A stretch of DNA of 64,000 bases, taken from the NCBI GenBank assembly GCA_964463015.1, contig CAYXAL010000001.1:100091-164090 (forward strand), written 5' to 3'. The DNA is from an uncultured Ginsengibacter sp. (GTDB lineage Bacteria > Bacteroidota > Bacteroidia > Chitinophagales > Chitinophagaceae). How positions within the stretch are numbered: position 1 is the first letter of the stretch; each line of letters opens with the position of its first letter. Positions 1 to 8,552 of the stretch are shown piece after piece. Under the pieces are notes generated by a model. The model was given only the letters and a program-made list of their open reading frames with translations. It did no database searches and had not been told where the DNA came from. A program made the position numbers and the translations under genes.

Positions 1-5
1 ATTTT

Positions 6-287
6 ATGGCAAAGGCGGAATTGAAGAAAAAGATTTTTCATTTTAGTATTCCGACTCCCTTCACTCGCTCAGAAAATTACAGTTCGATTCCTATTACATT
101 TTATGCGAAAGTATTTTCGGATATAGGTAGTGTTTATTCCAGAAAAAGATCAATGTTGTCTGATAACTTCCTTTGGGGAAATGGGATTGGGGTGGACATT
201 GTGACGCTTTATGATATTTCAGTCAGCATTAATTTTTCGATGAACAATCTGGGGGAATCAGGCATCTATTATCATGCAGCACGGTAG
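6..287 (+). CDS. C-terminal fragment of a hypothetical protein; the frame probably continues upstream of the window
   Basis: ORF runs to a stop at 287 and the true start is probably off-window. Alternating hydrophobic pattern near the C-terminus (GIGVDIVTLYDISVSINF) fits a beta-rich protein, but no family was recognised. Confidence 0.3.
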   Translation: MAKAELKKKIFHFSIPTPFTRSENYSSIPITFYAKVFSDIGSVYSRKRSMLSDNFLWGNGIGVDIVTLYDISVSINFSMNNLGESGIYYHAAR

Positions 288-299
288 GCAGGATTTCTT

Positions 300-1136
300 T
301 TATTTCAGCAATTCGCTTTGCATAAAATCAAAAATAGACCTGGATTGATCTATTTGGAAGGAATGGCCATTCAGGCTTCTTACAGGCTGTATCCATTGAA
401 TCGCATTGGTCAGGAATATTTCATCCGATTCAAAGAGCAATTCCTGCGTGCATTTTTCTTCGTGAATTGGAATATTTATTCTTGATAAATTCTTTTTAAG
501 CCATGACCGGATGGTGCCTTCCACACATCCTTCCGTGAGGGGAGGTGTAAATAATTTCCCTTCGCGGAAATAAAAGATATTTGCCATTGCACTTTCACAA
601 ATCCTGTGATGGCAATTAAGAATTAATGAGGCATCTGCATCATTGTCGGTAGCAAATTGTTTGGCCAGGATGTTCAGTAAATAGTTATTGCTTTTGAGAT
701 TTGAAAGTTCTCCGGTGGCTTTGGTAGATCTGTCGTATATGTTGACTGCAATACCTCTTTCTTTGAAAATAGGAAGATCAACCGGGAATGTCTGTATCAG
801 ATAATCAGAATAGTTATTTTTCCTTTCGGAGATGTCCAGGGCGCGCGACACCATTAGCCTGACACGTGCATTGCTTCGGCCATGGTTTTTCAGAACAATC
901 AAATGAATATTTTCAAGAATGGTTTCAAAAAAATGTTCAGTGAACTGATATCCCAATACCTGCATTCCATGAAACAGTCGGGAAAAATGAAGATCACGGT
1001 TGATTATGTATCCATTAAAATACCGCATCGTTTCAAAGAGACCATCGCCGAATGCGTAAGCGGGATTACCCACAGAGATGATTGGCCGGGAATTTCTGAA
1101 CAGGAATCCATTGAAGATGAAAAAATGCTCATTCAT
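300..1136 (-). CDS. PLP fold-type IV aminotransferase (aminodeoxychorismate lyase or branched-chain/D-amino-acid aminotransferase-like)
   Basis: 278 aa. The N-terminal GNPAYAFGDGLFETMRY segment resembles the conserved start of class IV aminotransferases, and the length matches PabC/Dat-like enzymes. Confidence 0.55.
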   Translation of the reverse strand: MNEHFFIFNGFLFRNSRPIISVGNPAYAFGDGLFETMRYFNGYIINRDLHFSRLFHGMQVLGYQFTEHFFETILENIHLIVLKNHGRSNARVRLMVSRALDISERKNNYSDYLIQTFPVDLPIFKERGIAVNIYDRSTKATGELSNLKSNNYLLNILAKQFATDNDADASLILNCHHRICESAMANIFYFREGKLFTPPLTEGCVEGTIRSWLKKNLSRINIPIHEEKCTQELLFESDEIFLTNAIQWIQPVRSLNGHSFQIDQSRSIFDFMQSELLK

Positions 1137-1176
1137 AAAGACGAATGAGCAAAATTATAGATGTTTAGATACAATT

Positions 1177-1860
1177 TCAGATATCTTCTTTCAAAAGCTT
1201 GTTTTTTACTGCAAACATGATGAGGCCTGCCGTACTTTTTGTGCCGGTCTTTGCTTTTAATCTGTCGCGGATAGCCTCAATAGTTCTTGGAGATAAATCT
1301 ACCGCCTCAGCAATTTCCCTCGTGCTTTTTTCTTCGCACATAAGCCTGAGAACAGTAATTTCCTTTTCAGAAAGAGGGGTTTCTTCCTGGGGGAGTTTGA
1401 TGGTGGGGACGTTCTTTTGCCGTAGGTTATTCAGCAATGCCTTGTTGGTAAGCGAGTTAAAATAAAACTCTTGTTTGTAACAGGTCTTAATTGCTTCGTA
1501 GATAATTTCTGCATCAGAAGTTTTCACCAGGTAACTGTTTGCTCCGAGTTCCATCAGTTTGGTTACCACTGTTTGATCGTCAAGCAGGGTAAGCATAATG
1601 ATTTTGATATGAGGATAAAGTTTTTTGACTTCAGGAAGTGTTGCGATACCATCCATCACAGGCATTTGAATATCTAATAGAATAACATCGGGCATCAGGG
1701 AGCCGCCCTTAAGGATGTTCATCAGATGCAAGCCATTGTCGGCCTCTCCAATCACCTGAATATCTTTTTTTATGGAAAGAGCTGTTTTGACACCGGCTCT
1801 GTACAATACGTGATCGTCCACAATCATCACTTTAATCACATCTCCAGTACTTTCATTCAT
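1177..1860 (-). CDS. Response regulator, NarL/FixJ (LuxR-type HTH) family; orphan, no adjacent kinase
   Basis: 227 aa. N-terminal receiver domain (MIVDDHVLYRAG ... LLDIQMPVMDG) and C-terminal LuxR HTH (LSEKEITVLRLMCEEKSTREIAEAVDLSPRTIEAIRDRL). Confidence 0.8.
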   Translation of the reverse strand: MNESTGDVIKVMIVDDHVLYRAGVKTALSIKKDIQVIGEADNGLHLMNILKGGSLMPDVILLDIQMPVMDGIATLPEVKKLYPHIKIIMLTLLDDQTVVTKLMELGANSYLVKTSDAEIIYEAIKTCYKQEFYFNSLTNKALLNNLRQKNVPTIKLPQEETPLSEKEITVLRLMCEEKSTREIAEAVDLSPRTIEAIRDRLKAKTGTKSTAGLIMFAVKNKLLKEDI

Positions 1861-2050
1861 AGGATAATAAGTATTTAGTTTTAGTCGTCAGACACAAAAA
1901 TCGATACAATCGGGGGGAAATCATACAGGGGTTTTACCTAATTATGAGATTGGTAATATTACGAAATAAAGAATTAAGGGAGATACAATATTTACTAACA
2001 GATTTTCCTGTTCCTAAATAGGGATTGTATCATCCGTGAGGAAGGGATAG

Positions 2051-2623
2051 CTATTTTTTCTTTTGACTCTTGGGGGCAAAAATGGCAAACATTCTTTTCC
2101 CTTCTAATTTTGGCATACTTTCTAATGTACCGGCTTCCATAAGTCTTTCCGCAAACTTCAGAAGAAGTAATTCTCCTCTTTCTTTAAACATAATTGCACG
2201 GCCTTTAAATTGCACATAGGCTTTCACTTTGTTGCCGTCTTTCAGAAAGTTTAATGCATGTTTACTCTTGAAATCGAAGTCGTGATCGTCTGTGTTGGGG
2301 GTGAATCGTATTTCCTTCACCTCTGAGACTTTACTCTTGGCTTTCATATCTTTTTCACGCTTCTTCTTCTCGTACAGAAATTTATTATAATCAATGACCT
2401 TGCAAACCGGAGGATCTGCATTTGGAGAAATTTCCACCAGGTCAAAACCTTGTTCATCAGCTATTTTTTGGGCTTCGGCAGTGGAATAGATGCCGGCTTC
2501 AACATTGTCGCCCACAAGTCGAACTTGCGGGACTCTGATCATGTGATTGGTACGGTGTTCTTGTTGTTGTTCTTTTTTAAATCGGGGATTAAAACTGCCT
2601 CGTGGGCGTGATGTAAATGCCAT
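2051..2623 (-). CDS. infC: Translation initiation factor IF-3
   Basis: Strong similarity to the IF-3 core (VRLVG ... DLVEISPNADPPVCKVIDYNKFLYEKKKREK). Sits immediately downstream of thrS, as in most bacteria. Confidence 0.85.
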   Translation of the reverse strand: MAFTSRPRGSFNPRFKKEQQQEHRTNHMIRVPQVRLVGDNVEAGIYSTAEAQKIADEQGFDLVEISPNADPPVCKVIDYNKFLYEKKKREKDMKAKSKVSEVKEIRFTPNTDDHDFDFKSKHALNFLKDGNKVKAYVQFKGRAIMFKERGELLLLKFAERLMEAGTLESMPKLEGKRMFAIFAPKSQKKK

Positions 2624-2742
2624 TAATTGATTTTGGGTTAAAAATATTTTTTTGGTTTAATAATGCAATCTTTATGCCTTTCACAAATTAAAATGGAAAA
2701 TTATTTAATATATCTGAATTACAAAAAATCAGGACTAAAAAT

Positions 2743-4680
2743 TTAAATTTTTTCTTTTATGATTTTCCGGGACTGATCAATGAAATCTTTTAATTGAACT
2801 GAACCCTCATCGCCTTTGCCATGCTTACGGATAGAAATTGTCTTTTCGTTCAACTCCTTCTCTCCGATAATGATCATAAAAGGGATCTTCATCAACTCCG
2901 CATCTCTGATTTTACGTCCGATCTTTTCACTCCTTTCGTCAATCTCGGCGCGAATATCTGATTTTTTTAATTCCTCTAGAATGCCCACGGCATATTCCAT
3001 AAACTTATCACTGATCGGCAGGATTTTTACCTGAACAGGGGCCAGCCAAAGAGGGAATCTGCCGGCATAATGTTCCAACAAGAATCCGATAAACCTTTCA
3101 TGGGTACCAAGTGGCGCGCGATGTATGATCAAAGGAGTCTCCGGTTCATTATTCTGGTTGGTAAATGTAAGGTGGAATCGTCGTCCCTGCGCAAAGTCAA
3201 CCTGATTGGTAGCAAGTGTAAACTCTCTTCCAATGGCGCTCCAGATCTGCACATCTATCTTAGGGCCATAGAAAGCGCCTTCTCCTTTTACTTCTATAAA
3301 GGGAATGTTTGCTTCAATCATAACCTTCCGCACCATGTCTTCGGTTTCCAGCCATAATTCGGGCTCATTGATATATTTTTCTCCAAGTTTAGCCGGGTCA
3401 TGCAGTGATAACCTCATGATGTACCTTTCAATACCAAATATTTTGAAGTACTTTAGGTAAAGATCATTAACCGCTCTGAATTCCTGGGCAAACTGTTCAC
3501 GAGAACAATAAATATGTGCATCATTCATGTGAAGACAACGAACACGCATTAAACCAAACAATTCTCCACTTTGTTCATAACGGTAGCAGGTACCGTACTC
3601 GGCAAGTCGCAAGGGTAAGTCCTTGTATGAATGTTGTTCGGCTGCAAAAACTTTGTGGTGATGCGGGCAGTTCATTGCCCTGAGATAATATTTCATTCCA
3701 TCCAGTTCCATCGGTGGATACATACTGTCCTTGTAATAAGGCAGGTGTCCGCTTGTGAGGTACAAACTCTCTTTTCCGATATGAGGAGTTACCACACGTT
3801 TATAACCAGCCTCCAGTTCCGACTCTTTCGCGAGTTTTTCTAACTCTTCAATAATGATGGTTCCGTTGGGTAACCAGAGAGGAAGTCCCGGACCCACTTC
3901 TTCATCAATGGTATAGATTCCTAATTCTTTTCCCAATTTGCGATGGTCTCTTTTCTTTGCTTCTTCGAGCATCTGAAGGTGCTCATCAAGTTCTTTCTGG
4001 TTGGGAAATGTAACGCCGTAAATACGCGTAAGCATTTTATTTTTTTCATCGCCTTTCCAATAGGCGCCTGCAATACCTGTCAATTTGATTCCTTTGATCA
4101 CTCCGGTAGAAGGTATGTGAGGGCCGCGGCATAAGTCTGTAAAATTACCCTGAGAGTAAAAAGTTATGTGGCCGTCTTCAAGGTTTTGTAGCAGATCCAG
4201 TTTGTATTCATCGCCTTTCTGTTCGAAATAGCTGACTGCTTCTTTTTTCGAAATTTCTTTTCTTATGTATGGATTGTTTTGCCGGGCAAGTTCTTTCATC
4301 TTGCCTTCCAGTTTTTCAAGATCACTCTCGGTAATGGATTGTCCACCCAGATCCATATCGTAATAAAAACCCTTTTCTATCGGTGGGCCAACCCAGAATT
4401 TTACACCGGGGAATAAAGATTCCACAGCCTCAGCCATCAAATGGGCACTGCTGTGCCAGAATGTGGATTTGCCTTCGGCATCCTCCCACTTTAAGAACTG
4501 TACAGTTGCATCCTGATGAAGAGGCCTGGATAAATCCCAGACTTCACCATTTACCAAAGCTGCAAGAATGTTTCTTGCCAATCCTTCGCTGATGGATTTT
4601 GCAATCTCCATTGAGGAAATCCCATCTTCAAATTGCTTTACAGCACCATCAGGAAATGTAATATTGATCATACTTTTCAC
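2743..4680 (-). CDS. thrS: Threonyl-tRNA synthetase
   Basis: 645 aa. N-terminal TGS domain (MINITFPDGAVKQFEDG), class II aaRS catalytic core and C-terminal anticodon-binding domain, with the thrS-infC arrangement. Confidence 0.95.
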   Translation of the reverse strand: MKSMINITFPDGAVKQFEDGISSMEIAKSISEGLARNILAALVNGEVWDLSRPLHQDATVQFLKWEDAEGKSTFWHSSAHLMAEAVESLFPGVKFWVGPPIEKGFYYDMDLGGQSITESDLEKLEGKMKELARQNNPYIRKEISKKEAVSYFEQKGDEYKLDLLQNLEDGHITFYSQGNFTDLCRGPHIPSTGVIKGIKLTGIAGAYWKGDEKNKMLTRIYGVTFPNQKELDEHLQMLEEAKKRDHRKLGKELGIYTIDEEVGPGLPLWLPNGTIIIEELEKLAKESELEAGYKRVVTPHIGKESLYLTSGHLPYYKDSMYPPMELDGMKYYLRAMNCPHHHKVFAAEQHSYKDLPLRLAEYGTCYRYEQSGELFGLMRVRCLHMNDAHIYCSREQFAQEFRAVNDLYLKYFKIFGIERYIMRLSLHDPAKLGEKYINEPELWLETEDMVRKVMIEANIPFIEVKGEGAFYGPKIDVQIWSAIGREFTLATNQVDFAQGRRFHLTFTNQNNEPETPLIIHRAPLGTHERFIGFLLEHYAGRFPLWLAPVQVKILPISDKFMEYAVGILEELKKSDIRAEIDERSEKIGRKIRDAELMKIPFMIIIGEKELNEKTISIRKHGKGDEGSVQLKDFIDQSRKIIKEKI

Positions 4681-4815
4681 GAGATATACCTGTCGTTTAT
4701 TTGAAAAAACAGGAGGGCAAATTTAACTAACTATTAGATTAAGAAACGATTTCTTTACAAGTCGTTAGATTTAATAACAATTAATTTTGATAACCTGATT
4801 AAACAGGAGAAGTGC

Positions 4816-5949
4816 ATGAAAAGAGCGGTTACACTTATTTTCTTATTGGTCTGTTTCCTCACTTCCGGTGCACAGACTTTGGCTGATAGCTATACAGGAA
4901 GAAGAGCTTCACACAATACGGATATCCGGAAAGTAAATTTTAATGGTCAGTGGAGAGGGAGTTTTAATGAGACCACTCCGAATATGTATGGATATGTCAG
5001 TAAAATCAGAACGACCTATGTGTTGGAACTGGAAGTGAATGGAAGTTTAGTAAAAGGATACAGCTATACGTATTTCAATGATCCCGGTGAGAAACGGTAT
5101 TACACAATTTGCAGAATCACCGGATCTCTGGATCGCAAACTGAATAAGCTGGTAATTACTGAAGTAGAAAGAGTGAAATATAATACTCCACCTGAAATGC
5201 GTAACTGTTTTCAGATCCACAGTCTCAGATATTTCAAGGGTGATGATAACTCAGAATATCTGAAAGGGGATTGGGTGCCTGCTCCCAATCAATCGTGCGG
5301 AGGAAAAGGAGAAACAATTCTTTCAAGACAGGTAGTCAGCCGTGTTCCGTTTGGAGTGACGCTTCATCCCAAGAAAGAAAGTCCAGTCAAAAAGCCAACC
5401 TCTCCGGATGTAGCACATGCAAGACCCGATAAGAAACAAAGTGTTCCTGTAAAGCCGTATCATAAAGTACCAGAAATCAGTAAGCCTGAAACAACCATAT
5501 CATCCGGCGTGCCGGTAGAATCAGACAAGTCCCGGGTACCTCAGAATGAATTGAGTCTTGATAAGAAACACCCACATCCTGTTTATAAAGGCTATGAATC
5601 AAGAAAGAATGTGGTAATGAAGTCTATCCAGATTGAGAATCCGGTTTTCCAGATAGACTTATACGATAATGGAGAAATCGACGGAGACAGTATTTCAGTT
5701 TTTTATAACGGGAAACTGATTCTCTCTCACAAACGATTATCAGACCAACCCATTTCAGTGACACTATCACTGGACAAAAGCCGAAAGGAAAACGTGCTGA
5801 CGATGTATGCTGAAAACCTGGGTACCATTCCGCCAAATACAGCCGTAATGATTGTTAGAGACGGTGGGAAAAGGTATGAAGTGCGCATGGAAAGCGATAT
5901 GGGAAAGAGTGGTACTGTCGTCTTCACACATGACGATAAAGACGATTAA
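4816..5949 (+). CDS. Secreted hypothetical protein with a Lys/Pro-rich linker between two domains
   Basis: Clear signal peptide (MKRAVTLIFLLVCFLTSGAQT). Central low-complexity K/P/S-rich segment (KKESPVKKPTSPDV ... KPYHKVPEISKPETT). No family recognised. Confidence 0.45.
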   Translation: MKRAVTLIFLLVCFLTSGAQTLADSYTGRRASHNTDIRKVNFNGQWRGSFNETTPNMYGYVSKIRTTYVLELEVNGSLVKGYSYTYFNDPGEKRYYTICRITGSLDRKLNKLVITEVERVKYNTPPEMRNCFQIHSLRYFKGDDNSEYLKGDWVPAPNQSCGGKGETILSRQVVSRVPFGVTLHPKKESPVKKPTSPDVAHARPDKKQSVPVKPYHKVPEISKPETTISSGVPVESDKSRVPQNELSLDKKHPHPVYKGYESRKNVVMKSIQIENPVFQIDLYDNGEIDGDSISVFYNGKLILSHKRLSDQPISVTLSLDKSRKENVLTMYAENLGTIPPNTAVMIVRDGGKRYEVRMESDMGKSGTVVFTHDDKDD

Positions 5950-6102
5950 GAAATTCATCCTGTCATACATTGTGCGTTATAAAATATTCCATATCCGGGA
6001 GATGAAATTTTGAGAATCCCGTGCTTTGGGAATCCGCTTAACTTTTCTAAAAATTAATTTTTTTTGTGAATAGCGACGCCTATATTTGCACTCCCTGAAA
6101 AT

Positions 6103-6161
6103 GGAGCATAACTCATCCAGATAGTGATCGGGAGGTTCAGAACATCTGCCCTACAAGCAGA
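6103..6161 (+). pseudogene. Degenerate 5'-half copy of the downstream tRNA-Val (acceptor 5' strand, D-arm with a ~17-nt insertion, anticodon arm; no T-arm)
   Basis: GGAGCATAaCTCA[tccagatagtgatcggga]GGTTCAGAacATCTGCCcTACAAGCAGA aligns with positions 2-45 of the intact tRNA at 6201. Position 33 is C rather than U and no T-arm or 3' acceptor follows. Confidence 0.35.
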
Positions 6162-6200
6162 ATGCCTGATTATTAAGTTATGCGAGTTCTTCAAAATATT

Positions 6201-6275
6201 GGGAGCATAGCTCAGTTGGTTCAGAGCATCTGCCTTACAAGCAGAGGGTCCGCGGTTCGAGCCCGTGTGCTCCCA
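6201..6275 (+). tRNA. tRNA-Val (anticodon TAC)
   Basis: 75-nt cloverleaf folded by hand. Acceptor GGGAGCA/TGCTCCC, D-stem GCTC/GAGC, anticodon stem TCTGC/GCAGA with loop CTTACAA, T-stem CGCGG/CCGTG (one G-U pair), T-loop TTCGAGC, discriminator A. No encoded CCA. Confidence 0.85.
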
Positions 6276-6487
6276 CAAAATTGAGGTTGCCTTTGGCAGC
6301 CTCTTTTCGTTTCTGGAAGGATGTATTGTTTCAATGGTTTAGGTAGAAGATTTCTGAGGGTGATCGGTAGGTTTTTACCACTACTTTTTCTTACAGATTC
6401 TGCATATCCACATTCTTTACACAATTTTCTGCAATGACCTGTGCGCCTTGATTTTTAGGTTATTTTTATTTCAAAAATTACTCTAAA

Positions 6488-7633
6488 ATGCGATCCTGTT
6501 TCTACACTCTTCTGCTCCTGATATCCGGACAATTTTTATTCTTCAACACATCTGCCCAAAGCAATCTGAAGTTTAAGTACAAACGCTCGGTTTTATATGC
6601 CGGGATCGAAGTGGGATCCAAAGGGGTAAAAATGAGCCTGGTAGAGATGGCGAAGAATACGAACAATCATCTGGAATACAATATTCTAAAAGACTCTTCT
6701 GTCAATACTGATTTTATTTCATTTACGCCTGAGACGAGACATCAAACGATCAATGGACTTACAGGCCTTTATCAGACAGCATTGAAAACTTACAAAATTT
6801 CACCCGATAAAATATTCACCGTGGTAAGTAGTGGTGTCAAAGTAACTGCTGAACGTTTGGAAAAAACTGACTGGATAAACCAACTGATCGATTCATTCAG
6901 AATCAAGATCAGCGAATCCGGCAGAAAAGTGGAAGTCATTTCTCCTGAAGAAGAAGCACGTCTGTCCCATTTGGGAATTGTTCCAGACTCAAGAAGGTTT
7001 ACAACGTTTCTGATTGATATCGGAAGCGGCAATACAAAGGGTGGGTATTTTCCCGGTCCCGGAACCGATCATATCAAACTATTCTCCCTGAATTGGGGTA
7101 CTAAGAGTGTCGCCAATGCAGCCTCTGAAAGGTTGCAGAATGATAACTCCCTGGATAATTATTTCAAACAGTTACAGCGCGTCATGGCAGGAGATGCAGA
7201 CAAGGAAGTGATTTATGCGGTTAATGTCAGTGGTGCTTATAATATGAGTGACAACATCGCTTTTAGTGGTGGGGCAGCATGGGCTGTAGCTACCTTACTT
7301 TTGCCTGATATGTTGGAATCTCCGGTAGTTCCTGTGACCTATCAGCAGGTGGAAGATTTCTATCAAAAATTGTACAGCAATTATGATGAAGTCACAGCAG
7401 AAAAATTAAGCGCAGGATTGAAGGGTATTGCAGAGGATAAACTCGCTGTCATGAAAGCTGCCTCTGTGGTCAATAAAGTATTTGATCAAAGAGCTATGTT
7501 AGCAGGGACGGGTTTGTTACTTAAGATCATGAGACAATTTGAAGGAATCTATGAAAAGAAGCAATTCTATTTGGTAAAAAATGGACAGGTAGGATGGATT
7601 TCTGCTTATGTAAATGAGAGCATCCATCAATAA
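6488..7633 (+). CDS. Secreted ASKHA-fold phosphatase family protein (Ppx/GppA-like or NTPDase-like)
   Basis: Signal peptide. Two motifs reminiscent of Ppx/GppA phosphate-binding loops (YAGIEVGSKGVKMSLVE and FLIDIGSGNTKGGYF). 381 aa. Confidence 0.4.
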   Translation: MRSCFYTLLLLISGQFLFFNTSAQSNLKFKYKRSVLYAGIEVGSKGVKMSLVEMAKNTNNHLEYNILKDSSVNTDFISFTPETRHQTINGLTGLYQTALKTYKISPDKIFTVVSSGVKVTAERLEKTDWINQLIDSFRIKISESGRKVEVISPEEEARLSHLGIVPDSRRFTTFLIDIGSGNTKGGYFPGPGTDHIKLFSLNWGTKSVANAASERLQNDNSLDNYFKQLQRVMAGDADKEVIYAVNVSGAYNMSDNIAFSGGAAWAVATLLLPDMLESPVVPVTYQQVEDFYQKLYSNYDEVTAEKLSAGLKGIAEDKLAVMKAASVVNKVFDQRAMLAGTGLLLKIMRQFEGIYEKKQFYLVKNGQVGWISAYVNESIHQ

Positions 7634-7671
7634 TTCCACTTAAATTTGAGCGGATAAAAGCAACTGCCCGG

Positions 7672-8541
7672 ATGCGCAATTCGAAATACTTTTTGCTGGC
7701 TCTCTTCTCGCTTGTAGTCCTCAGTATTGCTATTGCTGCACTGATCGTGTGGGGATATTTTTCTTATATGTCTCCTTCAAAAGATTTACAGCAATCACGG
7801 GTAATGCAAAAATCAGACACTCCCCGGGTTTCTCAGCCTATGGATAGCTATCGTGTCATAAAAAATGAGACACCTGATGTCAGGGATTCAACCGATCAGT
7901 TGGAAAAGAAATTAGCTGAACTGAATCAATTGCAGGCAGAGATTCAAACGCTGATTGATAGCAAGAAAAGTAAAGAAGCAGATTCAGCGTCAATTCAGTT
8001 AAAACAATTGCAACAAAATATTCAGACTCTTGAGAGTAAAAACCGGAAAATAGCAGAAGAAAACAAAAAACTTATAAAAGCGGTGACTGTTTTATCAAGA
8101 AAACAGATACCTGTTCAATCAAAAAGCAATACGCAAAAGGCGACGCAGGATGTTTCGTCAGGACAGGTATCCAGGGAGGTTACCGTTTCCGGCCTCACTA
8201 TGTATGCACTCACTGACGAGAATGCCATTACTACTCTGGCCTCGGCTACCTTTTCCTTTCAAGGCACATTCGCAGTTCATTCAGGCAATATTAAATCAGG
8301 GTATCTGATGGTTGTGATTACGAACCCGGACGGCAAGGTTCTGTTGAATGCTCCCTGGGAAAGTGGTTTTTTTGATACGCCAGACGGTAAAAAAATGTAT
8401 AGCACACGCCTACACTTTACCAATTCAGACAAGCAACTTACTTTCACACTTAAATCAGAAAATTTAAGGAAAGGAACCTATACACTTGAGCTTTATTTCA
8501 ATGGCGAGTTGATGGCAAGTCTTAGCAAAACATTGGGTTGA
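7672..8541 (+). CDS. Membrane-anchored hypothetical protein with a coiled coil and a beta-rich C-terminal domain
   Basis: N-terminal hydrophobic anchor (FLLALFSLVVLSIAIAALIVWGYF), heptad-like segment (QLEKKLAELNQLQAEIQTLIDS ... LQQNIQTLESKNRKIAEENKKLIKA) and a beta-strand-like C-terminus. Confidence 0.4.
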   Translation: MRNSKYFLLALFSLVVLSIAIAALIVWGYFSYMSPSKDLQQSRVMQKSDTPRVSQPMDSYRVIKNETPDVRDSTDQLEKKLAELNQLQAEIQTLIDSKKSKEADSASIQLKQLQQNIQTLESKNRKIAEENKKLIKAVTVLSRKQIPVQSKSNTQKATQDVSSGQVSREVTVSGLTMYALTDENAITTLASATFSFQGTFAVHSGNIKSGYLMVVITNPDGKVLLNAPWESGFFDTPDGKKMYSTRLHFTNSDKQLTFTLKSENLRKGTYTLELYFNGELMASLSKTLG

Positions 8542-8552
8542 TTTTCGGGTTA

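Noticed and set aside
1861-2050. Possible rpmI (L35) gene in the gap downstream of infC
   Set aside because: Hand translation of both strands shows frequent stops and no Lys/Arg-rich 65-aa ORF.
6054-6424. ORFs 6054..6278(-) and 6221..6424(-) from the six-frame track
   Set aside because: They overlap the tRNA-Val gene and its pseudo-copy and have no protein-like features. They are non-coding.
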